From: a virus | Reading direction: 5' to 3' (one strand) | DNA: 45,592 bases | Virus record (IMG/VR): IMGVR_UViG_3300045988_166338 | Shown here: positions 8,436 through 17,678 of the stretch, piece after piece | How the letters are laid out: the number at the start of each line of letters is the position of its first letter | How positions within the stretch are numbered: the first letter of the stretch is position 1 | Translations under genes and position numbers: made by a program | Notes under the pieces: generated by a model | Seen by the model: only the letters and a program-made list of their open reading frames with translations | Told to the model about the DNA's origin: nothing | Databases searched by the model: none

Positions 8436-8886
8436 TGAGCTGCTAAAGGCACGCGCCGCGCGCCAAGCTCAGGCCAAAGTCCAAAGCCAAAGCCAAAGTC
8501 AAAGTCAACCCGAAGCTAAACCAACTACCGCGCCAACGATTGACCGGCATGAACCTACCTTATCACCTCAAACCATGGCTTTGCCACCCTATGCTCCTGC
8601 ATTACAAGAGCGGCTGAAAGGTCTGGCGGATGAAGAGGACTACATGGACGTTGAGCTTTCTGCACAGTCATTGGCTGAAACCATGAGCGCGGTTATGGCT
8701 ATACCGTATCCGCCGGACGTCTTCATCGACCAGTGTGTTGAGTATGCAAGCCAGGCTTTGGAAAATCAGAAGCGGGTTTACATGCAACGCGTCCTGTCCG
8801 GCGAACGGCAGAGCGGCAAGCGCGACAAGAAGAAAGCCGTGGCGGTTGCTATGACTATCACCAACCTCGACAACCTGTTCGACTAA
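8422..8886 (+). CDS. Hypothetical protein with N-terminal tag MPTIDELLKARAARQAQAK, shared with the helicase, and a (QS)n linker
   Basis: Start at ATG 8422 overlaps the previous gene end. Contains a QSQSQSQSQ stretch encoded by a hexanucleotide repeat. Confidence 0.5.
   Translation: MPTIDELLKARAARQAQAKVQSQSQSQSQPEAKPTTAPTIDRHEPTLSPQTMALPPYAPALQERLKGLADEEDYMDVELSAQSLAETMSAVMAIPYPPDVFIDQCVEYASQALENQKRVYMQRVLSGERQSGKRDKKKAVAVAMTITNLDNLFD
8474..8504 (+). repeat. Hexanucleotide coding microsatellite (CCAAAG/TCAAAG) x5 encoding (QS)n
   Basis: 'ccaaagtccaaagccaaagccaaagtcaaagtcaa' read from the sequence. The unit is in frame, so slippage would change linker length without a frameshift. Confidence 0.6.
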
Positions 8887-8887
8887 C

Positions 8888-9793
8888 ATGACAGTCATAG
8901 TATCATCGTCAACCATCGCGTCCCTGATTAACTGTCCCAGACGGTTCATCCTGAACTATCATCACACGGAACGTACGCCGTCGCTGGCTACCGAAGTGGG
9001 GACGGCAGTGCATCAGGCTTTACAGGACGCAACGGAAACGGGCGATAGACGTGCCGCGTTAAAGGCACTTATCAAACGCTATCCGTATGAACTGTGGCTG
9101 ACCGCCACGAACAAGGAGCGGGCCTCTCGCTCCTTGCTATCTTGTGCTGTTGCTATCGATACGGCCCTCGATACCCTCGACCTGAACGGTATGCGTCTGG
9201 CCGAAGTGAATGGCAGGAAAGCTACAGAGTTGGACTTCCTGCTGACGCTGACGGACAAAGATGGCAAGCCGTTAGATGTCGCGTACTCCGGCAGTATCGA
9301 TAGCGTATTCGTTGACAGTACGGGCATGCCTATCATCACGGACTACAAGACAACGACCAAGGATATAAACCTGGCGGTGCTGCAATACTCGCACTCGTTG
9401 CAGGCCTGCATCTACGCCATCGTTGTAGCGTCCGCGTTAGGCATTGAGCCGACCGACATCGAGTACCAGTACATCATCATTAAGCTTGACAACGGCATGG
9501 GCGAAGTGCAGACCGAACGGGCCAGGGTAACGCCTGCGAAACTTAACGAGGTTCGTGGCTACCTCAAGGTCTACACTACCGTCCTGCAACAAATGCTGGC
9601 TGAGCGGAACTTCCCGCCCAACTGTTCAAGCTGTGCATCTTTCGGCAGGCCCTGCTACTTCGCTAACCAGTGCGACATGGCCCACGTCAACGAAGCGATA
9701 ACGTCAGCGTTGACTACCAGCCCGGCGTACAGGTATGCGTATCTGGAAACGGGCAAGACCGATTACGACATCAGAGGGAGGCTATCACTATGA
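8888..9793 (+). CDS. Cas4/RecB-family PD-(D/E)xK exonuclease with a 4-Cys Fe-S cluster
   Basis: N-terminal Cys (NCPRRF), 'GSIDSVF' and 'ITDYKTT' nuclease motifs, and the C-terminal 'CSSCASFGRPCYFANQC' triad, as in Cas4/AddB nucleases. Confidence 0.6.
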   Translation: MTVIVSSSTIASLINCPRRFILNYHHTERTPSLATEVGTAVHQALQDATETGDRRAALKALIKRYPYELWLTATNKERASRSLLSCAVAIDTALDTLDLNGMRLAEVNGRKATELDFLLTLTDKDGKPLDVAYSGSIDSVFVDSTGMPIITDYKTTTKDINLAVLQYSHSLQACIYAIVVASALGIEPTDIEYQYIIIKLDNGMGEVQTERARVTPAKLNEVRGYLKVYTTVLQQMLAERNFPPNCSSCASFGRPCYFANQCDMAHVNEAITSALTTSPAYRYAYLETGKTDYDIRGRLSL

Positions 9794-10677
9794 TGCAAAC
9801 AGGAATACCACACCAACTTGACAACTTGTTTGCCCTGTTCTACGGTGCGCCCAAGTCCGGCAAGACAACGTTCGCGTTGCAGCCGTGTGAAAGCAACTAT
9901 GCAATCACGGTGCTGGACTTGGAAAACAACTTGTACCCTGCAAGCAGGTGGAAGAACTGCGATAACATCAACGTCATCAACCTGAAGTGGGAGGGCGAAG
10001 CGAACCAAACGCCCGCTATCATTTTCCTGCTGGCCTTGCGGGACGCACGGCGCAGACCTTTTACCTGGGACTGCACCGACAAACAGATGGCCAAGGCAAC
10101 GTTAAACCCGACGCACATTTATTGCCGGGTTAATCTTGCCAAGGCACGGCCGGACGACTTGCTCGTACTGGACAGCTGGACGATGTTCAGCCAACAGATT
10201 ACGGCTGCCAAAGTAGCGAACGCGTATAGCGTCAACGCCCAGACGGCTGAGATTTCCCAGCCGATGTGGGGCAACATGGTACGCGACGCGGAAGGAACCA
10301 TCAACATACTGAACAGCATACCTGTTATCAGTAAGGTCGTTCTGGCTCACGAGTACATGGAACCGAGCCTGACTACGCCGATGAGCGTGACACGCGCCCA
10401 TGGCCAAAGTCTGGCAAAAAGTTTCACGGTAGTAGCAAGGTTTCTGAGCGGGAACATTGACATCATAGCGGGCGCCAACAAGGCGCAGCGTGAGAAAAAA
10501 GTTCTTGACAAATACACGTTCAGTATGCTATTATCAGAATTAGGGAGAACAGCTCCCACTACTTTCACACCCAGCGAAGCGTTCGTCTTCGAGATGGGCG
10601 ATGAAATGGCCAAGCTTGTAGCAAACGATAGCAAGCTTGCCATCAATACCACAAACGTTAACGTTAACATAAAATAG
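9790..10677 (+). CDS. AAA_24/Sak4-like RecA-fold ATPase (recombination or replication accessory)
   Basis: Walker A 'YGAPKSGKTTFAL' near the N-terminus. Start ATG 9790 overlaps the upstream stop, with GGGAGG RBS. Confidence 0.5.
   Translation: MMQTGIPHQLDNLFALFYGAPKSGKTTFALQPCESNYAITVLDLENNLYPASRWKNCDNINVINLKWEGEANQTPAIIFLLALRDARRRPFTWDCTDKQMAKATLNPTHIYCRVNLAKARPDDLLVLDSWTMFSQQITAAKVANAYSVNAQTAEISQPMWGNMVRDAEGTINILNSIPVISKVVLAHEYMEPSLTTPMSVTRAHGQSLAKSFTVVARFLSGNIDIIAGANKAQREKKVLDKYTFSMLLSELGRTAPTTFTPSEAFVFEMGDEMAKLVANDSKLAINTTNVNVNIK
10505..10534 (+). promoter_or_regulatory. Sigma70-like promoter inside the 3' end of the ATPase gene: TTGACA-18-TATTAT with TGc
   Basis: 'gttcTTGACAaatacacgttcagtatgcTATTAT' precedes gene 10689..11159. 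Confidence 0.5.
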
Positions 10678-10688
10678 GAGTTATCACT

Positions 10689-11159
10689 ATGGCCGAAAAA
10701 GTTGTAATGTCTTTGTCCACGCAAGAAGAAGTCGCTGCCAAATCTTTGGGTATCACACCGAACTTCATCTACCACTTCGTTGTGAAGAAAGGTGAATATT
10801 CCGTCACGACAGGCACGTCCAAAACGGGCGAACCGTTCAACATCCCGCAGATTGAATATGATTGCGAAGTCATGTCCGAAACGACGGGTGCACTGCCCGA
10901 AGAAAGCGTCAAAGGCTTACATTGCAGACTGCGCGTCGGCGTCCGTAAAGGCGAACCGAACGCTGCTATCCTGGGTTACAACCGCGGCGTGTTGGAAGCG
11001 GCCGGCATGAAGCTGTCCTGCTACAACGACACGGAAAGCATGTTCAGCGAAGTCATCGGACAGGAATTCGACGGCTACGTCAAAGAAGATAAACAGGGCT
11101 ACGCCTACATCGATGCCAACAGCCTGCGTCGCATTAACGCAGCCCCGGCTCAGGCGTAA
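10689..11159 (+). CDS. Hypothetical protein
   Basis: 156-aa ORF, AGGAG RBS, followed by a strong terminator. A likely abundant early product. Confidence 0.55.
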   Translation: MAEKVVMSLSTQEEVAAKSLGITPNFIYHFVVKKGEYSVTTGTSKTGEPFNIPQIEYDCEVMSETTGALPEESVKGLHCRLRVGVRKGEPNAAILGYNRGVLEAAGMKLSCYNDTESMFSEVIGQEFDGYVKEDKQGYAYIDANSLRRINAAPAQA

Positions 11160-11188
11160 GGTACAAGACACACACCTCGAAACTAACT

Positions 11189-11223
11189 GGGTGGCAAGGC
11201 TACGGCCCTGCCACCCTTTCTTT
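11189..11223 (+). terminator. Rho-independent terminator: GGGTGGCAAGGC-tacg-GCCCTGCCACCC plus TTTCTTT
   Basis: GC-rich stem with one bulge, followed by a T-tract. Confidence 0.7.
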
Positions 11224-11243
11224 AACCTTTCTGGAGATTTGCT

Positions 11244-12158
11244 ATGAAAGATAAACGATTACACTTCAGCCCCATGCTACTGCGAAACGTCAAGATGCGT
11301 CCCGCCCAGCTGGACAGGCTGAAAGGTTTGACGGCACAGCCAAAGATTGACGGCGTGCGTCTGGCTATCGGCATCAAGTCTTGGTCTGACAGTCCAATGT
11401 TCTTTTCACGTTCCGGACAGGAAATCAGCCCGGTCGTCAAGGAAACACTGACTGATATGCTGTCCGAAGTCAAAGACAGCTCTCTGACTAACTACCAGCT
11501 GTACGACTGCGAGCTGGTCTACGACAAGGACTGTGCTGCTACGACAGGTATCCTGCACGCCAAGCACAAGGAACTCGACCAGTCCAAACTGGAGCTGTAC
11601 ATCTTCGACACCATCCAGCTGGACGGCAACGGCAATCCGTGCTGCTTCTCTACGCTAGCGTTCCGGATGGTACAGCTGGAAGTGATAGGCAAGATGTTCA
11701 CCGACAAGCGCGTACATATCGTACCATGCTGGCAGCACGCCGGGCACGATAGTTCTGTACATCTTGCACAGAAGTTCGCTAATGCACATGACCTACCGCT
11801 TGAGGGCTACGTCCTGAAGCCAGAAAACAGCCAGTATCTTGAGGGGCAACGCCTGCCTGGCAGCTACAAGTTCAAGGTATCGACCGAGGCCAAGGCTACG
11901 GTTATCGCTATCATGCCGCAGACCGACAGCCAAGGCAACTGCAAACACCTAGCCGGCACGCTGGTCTGCAAGATAGGCGACGCCGACGTCAACGTCACAG
12001 TCGCGGCCGACAACAAGGTACGCAAAGCTATCTGGGACAAGGCCGGGCTAATTACCAAAGACAAGCCGACAGTCACGGTTGAGCTGTTTAATTGTCAGAG
12101 CGGCAAGGACAATCAGTTCCGTATGCCGCGTTACGTTTCTGGTTTGGAGGGTTACTAA
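11244..12158 (+). CDS. ATP-dependent DNA ligase
   Basis: Nucleotidyltransferase motif I 'KIDGVR', motif III 'YDCELVY', motif IV 'EGYVLKP' and motif V 'YKFKV' in the canonical order. Confidence 0.8.
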   Translation: MKDKRLHFSPMLLRNVKMRPAQLDRLKGLTAQPKIDGVRLAIGIKSWSDSPMFFSRSGQEISPVVKETLTDMLSEVKDSSLTNYQLYDCELVYDKDCAATTGILHAKHKELDQSKLELYIFDTIQLDGNGNPCCFSTLAFRMVQLEVIGKMFTDKRVHIVPCWQHAGHDSSVHLAQKFANAHDLPLEGYVLKPENSQYLEGQRLPGSYKFKVSTEAKATVIAIMPQTDSQGNCKHLAGTLVCKIGDADVNVTVAADNKVRKAIWDKAGLITKDKPTVTVELFNCQSGKDNQFRMPRYVSGLEGY

Positions 12159-12159
12159 C

Positions 12160-12495
12160 ATGGCTACAGAACAAGATAAAGAAATCATCCGCAAGATGGC
12201 TGCAAGCTTGCAGCTCTACCTTGACCATCGCTACCCGATTGAATACGAGCATGAAACTCGTGGGCCATATGGTTTCTCAATGCTTATTGTCACATCGCCT
12301 ATAACGGGCCGGCTAATGCTTACCAAGATGAATATGGTTGGCACGGCTAGTACGCTGTATCGCATGGACCACGAGAGCATGCAAACACCTGAGGACATCG
12401 TCCTCGAATTTCAAAAAGAGTTCCGCAACATGTACGAAGAAACTGCACGATGCTTCGCGGAACAGGGCAACCAATCCACAGCTATGGAGGCCTAA
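12160..12495 (+). CDS. Hypothetical protein
   Basis: 111 aa from ATG 12160, next to the ligase stop (GGAGGG RBS). Confidence 0.5.
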   Translation: MATEQDKEIIRKMAASLQLYLDHRYPIEYEHETRGPYGFSMLIVTSPITGRLMLTKMNMVGTASTLYRMDHESMQTPEDIVLEFQKEFRNMYEETARCFAEQGNQSTAMEA

Positions 12496-12496
12496 C

Positions 12497-12766
12497 ATGA
12501 AGATAATGATTATCTACGAAACCCTGCCTGAACGCACCGATGTTTACTTGGTCGATGACAATGACGGTAATCGCAACATGGCCGACGTCCTGTCGGGACA
12601 CTACGTCGGTGTCAACGAAAGCGACCAGTTTCTCGATGCATATGAACACCTGCTCGAACTGATGGACAGCGGCGATGCCCGACTGATTTGGTCATCAGAT
12701 GGACTCGGCGACATGATTGATGCTACAGATATCTCGATGGTATGCATCACGGGCGCTTTATTGTAA
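12497..12766 (+). CDS. Hypothetical acidic protein
   Basis: 89 aa from ATG 12497, next to the upstream stop. Confidence 0.45.
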   Translation: MKIMIIYETLPERTDVYLVDDNDGNRNMADVLSGHYVGVNESDQFLDAYEHLLELMDSGDARLIWSSDGLGDMIDATDISMVCITGALL

Positions 12767-12805
12767 ACACTGGCACTGAGCCGGCGAAGCCGGCGGGAGG
12801 AAGAT

Positions 12806-13189
12806 ATGGCACTGGTGCATAAGGCGTTGGCCGTGCAGAAGAAAGAGCGAGCGAAGCTCGCGGAGGAGCAAGCGAAGCTTGCATTGATGGAGGCACGGCT
12901 GAAGAACCAAGCCTTTATTATGGAGATGATGCAGGAAGCTGAGCTGGCACGATGCGAAAGGTTAGGCAAGGGACAAGCAGTTATTGAATACATACCATCT
13001 TGGGATAAAGACCATCCTGACATTCACGTATCGCTGCCACCGCTGTATGATGTCAAATTCAAACATGGTTGTGGATTAGATGGCAAGGAAGTCATGATGT
13101 ATGTCGAGGACACTATACTTGTACCAGCAACTGAAAACATCTACAACTGCATTAAACAACTTTATTACTTTTTCCTGAGGGAGAGATAA
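12806..13189 (+). CDS. Hypothetical protein
   Basis: 127-aa ORF, GGGAGGAAG RBS. Confidence 0.5.
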   Translation: MALVHKALAVQKKERAKLAEEQAKLALMEARLKNQAFIMEMMQEAELARCERLGKGQAVIEYIPSWDKDHPDIHVSLPPLYDVKFKHGCGLDGKEVMMYVEDTILVPATENIYNCIKQLYYFFLRER

Positions 13190-13192
13190 CAA

Positions 13193-13600
13193 ATGGAAAA
13201 ACAGAAAACGAAAAATAAATCGGCAGTACAAGCTGCCTTGGAAAGCACACAAATTTTGAACGCACAGGACGCGGTAACGTCCATGATTTTGGTTTCACAG
13301 ACCGGCCTTACTCGATTGGTAATGGGCGAAACATCTGACGGCGACCAATACATCAGGACGGAAAACGGCATCATCCCGTACCGCATGCGCTACAACAAAC
13401 GCATGAAACGGGCTGAGCTGTTCCGTGGCGACCTCAAGTTCTACCTGGTGTCAAAGTACGTGCAACGCTACGTTGACGAATTGTGGATGCAGCTGCTGCA
13501 AGCGTACTCCGTCTTGGAAGCCAAGTCAAAGTCTTCGGCAACACCTGATAATATGCTGTTCGCAGCCAAAGACAAAACGGAGGGCAAGGATGCAGAATAA
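13193..13600 (+). CDS. Hypothetical protein
   Basis: 135-aa ORF, GAGGGAGAG RBS. Confidence 0.5.
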   Translation: MEKQKTKNKSAVQAALESTQILNAQDAVTSMILVSQTGLTRLVMGETSDGDQYIRTENGIIPYRMRYNKRMKRAELFRGDLKFYLVSKYVQRYVDELWMQLLQAYSVLEAKSKSSATPDNMLFAAKDKTEGKDAE

Positions 13601-13937
13601 GACAAGTATCGAGCAGCTCGAAGAACTCAAGGCCGCAGCATTCCTTAAAACATGGCAGGAACAACTGATGAAGCTGCGCGATAAAGACCAGCGCATAGCA
13701 GAACTTGAAGAAAACGTCAAGGTTCTCGAAGGTGATTGCAACAGACTGCTAAAAGAGCGCAACGAATTCGCACAGCAGTCTGGCGATGCAATACGCGAGC
13801 TGGAAACAGCTCGCAAACAGACCGAGTTAGCACGTGCTACCTACACCAGGCAGCGCGACGAACTCGAAAAGCTTCAGGGCATCTTGGATAATGCTCCTGA
13901 AAACATCCAAAACTACTTTAGCAAAAGGACAAAGTAA
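13590..13937 (+). CDS. Coiled-coil protein
   Basis: 115 aa from the internal ATG 13590 (GGAGGG RBS). Heptad-rich sequence. Confidence 0.45.
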   Translation: MQNKTSIEQLEELKAAAFLKTWQEQLMKLRDKDQRIAELEENVKVLEGDCNRLLKERNEFAQQSGDAIRELETARKQTELARATYTRQRDELEKLQGILDNAPENIQNYFSKRTK

Positions 13938-14417
13938 ATGGAAAACACTGAAAACAAAGAAAACAATAGCACCCCCACCGCGCGTGAAGAAGCGCAGGCC
14001 ACAATTATCAACGCCGTTCGTCACCGCTTGGAGCGAACGCTTGACGAAATCAAAGATTGGAACATCGAAACGTTTCCTGATGCTAACCAGTCCGGCCAGT
14101 TAATGAAGCTGGAAGAGGAGCTGCACGAATACGTCGTCGTTCACGACGACAGCGAAAATAGCGACAAAGAATTAGCAGACGTTATGATTGTATGCGCAGG
14201 TCTGCGTCGCTGGGGCAGCTTGGTAGGACAGCATATCTTAGCCATGATACTGGCCGGTGCCAATGCTTCGCAGGTAAATGCCTTGCTAGACTTGGTAGAT
14301 AATAAGATGGCCAAGAACCGTTCCCGCGTCTGGCTCAAAGATGGTGATGGCAAGTATCACCACGACGTCAAGCTGGACGAACCGGCCAACGCCAATGGCG
14401 AAAACGCACCTGCGTAA
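13938..14417 (+). CDS. MazG-like nucleotide pyrophosphohydrolase (putative)
   Basis: 'KLEEELHEY' (EExxE) and 'ELADVMIV' (ExxD) motifs, in a protein of about 160 aa typical of the all-alpha NTP-PPase family. Confidence 0.4.
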   Translation: MENTENKENNSTPTAREEAQATIINAVRHRLERTLDEIKDWNIETFPDANQSGQLMKLEEELHEYVVVHDDSENSDKELADVMIVCAGLRRWGSLVGQHILAMILAGANASQVNALLDLVDNKMAKNRSRVWLKDGDGKYHHDVKLDEPANANGENAPA

Positions 14418-14727
14418 ACCGCACGTACTGATAGCTGCAACACTGCAAAGCCCGCACGTTTCATGGCTCGATAAGGCCACGTTGGTGCGGGCATTGCTCT
14501 ACTCGGACAGGCTGGCATTCCGCCAAGATGCTAAGCCTGAACGGGTAGATGAAGCTATCAAGTTAGAACTTACCTGGCTATCACCGCTGATGCAAGTTTC
14601 CTCACTCGGTATCTTTTCTGCTATCGAACTTGCCGAGAACTACTGGCAGACAAGGGAGGGTGAGGAAACGCTGCGGTTCTACGTTGAAGATTACTTAGGG
14701 AGTTTACGAAAGCATGATTATATCTAA
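14395..14727 (+). CDS. Hypothetical protein (start uncertain)
   Basis: ORF fills the gap between the MazG-like and polymerase genes. First plausible ATG is 14395. Confidence 0.35.
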   Translation: MAKTHLRKPHVLIAATLQSPHVSWLDKATLVRALLYSDRLAFRQDAKPERVDEAIKLELTWLSPLMQVSSLGIFSAIELAENYWQTREGEETLRFYVEDYLGSLRKHDYI

Positions 14728-17269
14728 ACGCCTATCACCGAGGCCCATCTTCGCGCTCTACGATATGCACGAGATGAGCAAGCCTCAACTTATGAAAGCC
14801 TTAATGAACGTGATGACCTCACAATACATGAAGGCGTTGACCAAAGAGTTCATTAACATCACGCCGATTACAACAACGAATGGCATCCCGGCAGACAGCG
14901 TAGTGCTGGTCTATTCGTCAGGGTTTGCTAAGACATTCATCAACAACGGCAAGTTCTCGGACTACAACGGCAGCGTCTACCACATGGGACAGACCACGTT
15001 CATCATCGGCCTTTCACTTAACTACATCCGTTGCCTGTTGATACAGAGCCCGCGTGGCGACCAGGAAGATACGGTTATTAAGGGACACTACCTGTGTGCC
15101 TTTAACATCTACAAGGCCTGGCGATTTGCCAGTGGCGACTTCGACACAGACCATCACTACGGGTTCTACTACACGTTGATTAACGAGCCTGAGGAATGGG
15201 ACGCTACCAAACAGTACATCGAACAGAACAGCCACAAAATATTCGGCATTTCGTTCGATATTGAAACGGCTGGCTTCCCGAAGTTCATCTCTGCGTTCGG
15301 GTTCACGTTGATGATGGGCAGCATCGAAAAGCCGGAGTTCAAATCCTACTGTATCTCGATGGGCGTCCACTCGTATCCGTGGCACATTCGGGCCATGCAG
15401 TATCTATGCTACCATCCTGCACCGAAGATTGCACACAACGGCGCGTATGACTGTACCGTCCTGTTGCGTTATCGCATCCCGGTCTGGAATATGCTGTACG
15501 ATACAATGCTCATGGCCCATTCCTTGATATGCGATGCGCCTAAACGTTTAAGCGACTGTGCTTCGTACTACCTGCCTGACTACGTGTACTGGAAATCAGA
15601 GATTACAGGGAAAGAAAATGGCATTAGCAACGAAGAAAGCAACAACGACTCAGAAGATAAACATGGCGTACCGGCGACGCAAGAGGGCCGGCTGGTATAT
15701 TATAAGTACTGCGCCAAAGATACGTACTATACAGCGTGCATCTGCCTGGAAATGCTTGCTCTGTTCCAACAGAAACCCTGGGCGGTCAAGAACTACTGTC
15801 TGGTACACTTCCTGCAATACCGTGTAGGTATGTTTATGGGGCTGGCCGGCATGCCGATTGACAAGGCCAAGTTCGACGTCTTTGTCAAGGAAGTGTGTGC
15901 TACACGGGACGAGCTGCTGTCCGACCTGCGTACCTACGCCAAGGATGAGCTGTTCAACCCGGCCTCGCCGAAAGAGGTTCAGCAATACCTGTATGGCACG
16001 CTAGGCCTCAAGCTTCCACGTGGCATCCGACTCAAGAAACCTAAAGCGCCGCGTCCAAGTTCAAAGCCTGCGTCGCGTCCAAAGGCCATTTCCGTAACCG
16101 ACCTCAATGACCTGGACTTGTTTAGCACGTCGGACATCGGGCCGGCCCAGAAACCTGAACAGGACTTCTCGCTGTACCCGACGGACAAGGTCGCGTTGCG
16201 GTTCCTGATTGACCAGAACCCCGAATACGAAACGCAGATACAGAAGCTGCTGGACTATCGGTGGTATGCTAAGGTCATCAGCAACTACTTGATGAGCAAT
16301 ACGCTGCTGGTCGATAGCACGACGGACAAGGACGTCAAGGTTCTGCTGTACAATCCGAGTATTGCAAAGACAGTAACGTGCCGGTACGGCGGTGGTGAGT
16401 CCAACCTCGGCGTCGGCGCGTATCACTTGAACCTGCCACCCGGCCTATGGAAATGCATCAAGGTTCCTGACGGGCATGTACGGTACAGCATCGACTACTC
16501 GCACAGCGATGACTACTTCGTAGCGTTCTACTCTGGCGTTCCGACCATGATGGACAACGTGGTACGCACCGACCTTGACTTGCACATGAAACATGCATCG
16601 CTTATCTTCCAGCGTCCGTATGACTACTTAATGGAACACAAGAAAGACCAGAACAGCGAAGCACCATTGCTGCGTAAGCTTACTAAGAGCATCGGCCACG
16701 GATGCAAATACCTGATGGGTGGCTACACCATGTACACTCACATGGGTGACCCGAACATCTGTGCTGCTATTGATGCCTTGCACGCCGATGTCGATAAACA
16801 CAGCCTCGACCAGAAGATACAGTTCGCGTCCTACCTGCAGAGCTTGTTCTACAAACAGTACGACGGCCTGACACAATGGCACAAGGACGTGTTCACGAAG
16901 CTGATGGCTAATCCGGACAGGCTAATCACAGTAGGCAACTGGACACGTCAACTGTTAGCACCGGCCAGCTGGTTCTCAGTACACAGTGGTAGCGTTGCAC
17001 AGTACGGTCAGGCCGGCACGTCATCGAACAGTAACGCGTTCCTGCGCAAGTTCTTTCGCAAGCCTCTTGACAGTTCGTCTTACCTCTTCGCCCAAGTCCA
17101 CGATGCTATGGACGGGTTTGCAAGGAACGAGGACGAAGTCAAAGCCATAGCGAAGATTATGGAGGAACCGATTACCGTGACGGACATCTACGGCACGACC
17201 CGTACATTCTCAGTGGCAACTGAAACTGAGGAATTTTGGCCGGAAAGCACCAAAGAAAATAATGCTTGA
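14714..17269 (+). CDS. Family A DNA polymerase with a 3'-5' exonuclease domain and a roughly 170-aa N-terminal extension
   Basis: Exo I 'FDIETAG', Exo II 'IAHNGAYDCTVL' and Exo III 'YCAKDTYYT'. Pol motif C 'AQVHDAMDG' (QVHDE-like). The TGA stop is embedded in the next promoter's -35. Confidence 0.8.
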   Translation: MIISKRLSPRPIFALYDMHEMSKPQLMKALMNVMTSQYMKALTKEFINITPITTTNGIPADSVVLVYSSGFAKTFINNGKFSDYNGSVYHMGQTTFIIGLSLNYIRCLLIQSPRGDQEDTVIKGHYLCAFNIYKAWRFASGDFDTDHHYGFYYTLINEPEEWDATKQYIEQNSHKIFGISFDIETAGFPKFISAFGFTLMMGSIEKPEFKSYCISMGVHSYPWHIRAMQYLCYHPAPKIAHNGAYDCTVLLRYRIPVWNMLYDTMLMAHSLICDAPKRLSDCASYYLPDYVYWKSEITGKENGISNEESNNDSEDKHGVPATQEGRLVYYKYCAKDTYYTACICLEMLALFQQKPWAVKNYCLVHFLQYRVGMFMGLAGMPIDKAKFDVFVKEVCATRDELLSDLRTYAKDELFNPASPKEVQQYLYGTLGLKLPRGIRLKKPKAPRPSSKPASRPKAISVTDLNDLDLFSTSDIGPAQKPEQDFSLYPTDKVALRFLIDQNPEYETQIQKLLDYRWYAKVISNYLMSNTLLVDSTTDKDVKVLLYNPSIAKTVTCRYGGGESNLGVGAYHLNLPPGLWKCIKVPDGHVRYSIDYSHSDDYFVAFYSGVPTMMDNVVRTDLDLHMKHASLIFQRPYDYLMEHKKDQNSEAPLLRKLTKSIGHGCKYLMGGYTMYTHMGDPNICAAIDALHADVDKHSLDQKIQFASYLQSLFYKQYDGLTQWHKDVFTKLMANPDRLITVGNWTRQLLAPASWFSVHSGSVAQYGQAGTSSNSNAFLRKFFRKPLDSSSYLFAQVHDAMDGFARNEDEVKAIAKIMEEPITVTDIYGTTRTFSVATETEEFWPESTKENNA

Positions 17270-17294
17270 CATTTGCAGGCAGTTATGCTAGTAT
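17266..17294 (+). promoter_or_regulatory. Sigma70-like promoter: TTGACA-17-TAGTAT with TGc
   Basis: 'gcTTGACAtttgcaggcagttatgcTAGTATataat' precedes gene 17347. Confidence 0.6.
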
Positions 17295-17346
17295 ATAATA
17301 GTCTGGTAAACTGTCTGCAAACATTACCAAACAAGGAGAAAACGAT

Positions 17347-17616
17347 ATGGCTACGTACTACGAAGCTAATATTACCTCGGTCGTTCCGGGGGTATCCAAC
17401 CTGTTTACCGCTACGGACAAAGTAGCTGACCGCTTGCTGAAAGCCAAGAACGCCATGGGCGTTGAAGTTGCTAACGGCAAAAACGTCATCGCCGGCGAAG
17501 ACTTTCTGGTGAAAGAACCTTTGCTGTCGAAGCTATCCGTTGACCAGAAATTGCGCATCGCGCAGTTGATGGACTTGGTCGTTGGCAATGCTACCGACCC
17601 GGCCGGTGGTGGCTAA
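17347..17616 (+). CDS. Hypothetical protein
   Basis: 89-aa ORF with AAGGAG RBS, flanked by a promoter and a terminator. Confidence 0.55.
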   Translation: MATYYEANITSVVPGVSNLFTATDKVADRLLKAKNAMGVEVANGKNVIAGEDFLVKEPLLSKLSVDQKLRIAQLMDLVVGNATDPAGGG

Positions 17617-17626
17617 AACATCACAT

Positions 17627-17665
17627 GGGCTACCGAGCTATCACGGTTCGGTAGCCCTTATTTGT
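17627..17665 (+). terminator. Rho-independent terminator: GGGCTACCGA-loop-TCGGTAGCCC plus TTATTTGT
   Basis: 10-bp perfect stem followed by a T-rich tract. Confidence 0.7.
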
Positions 17666-17678
17666 AGGAGGACTTACT

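Noticed and set aside
10441-10470. Second TTGACA hexamer ('cattgacatcatagcg')
   Set aside because: No -10-like hexamer at 16-19 bp, and it lacks the ttcTTGACA(a/t) context of the seven promoter-like sites.
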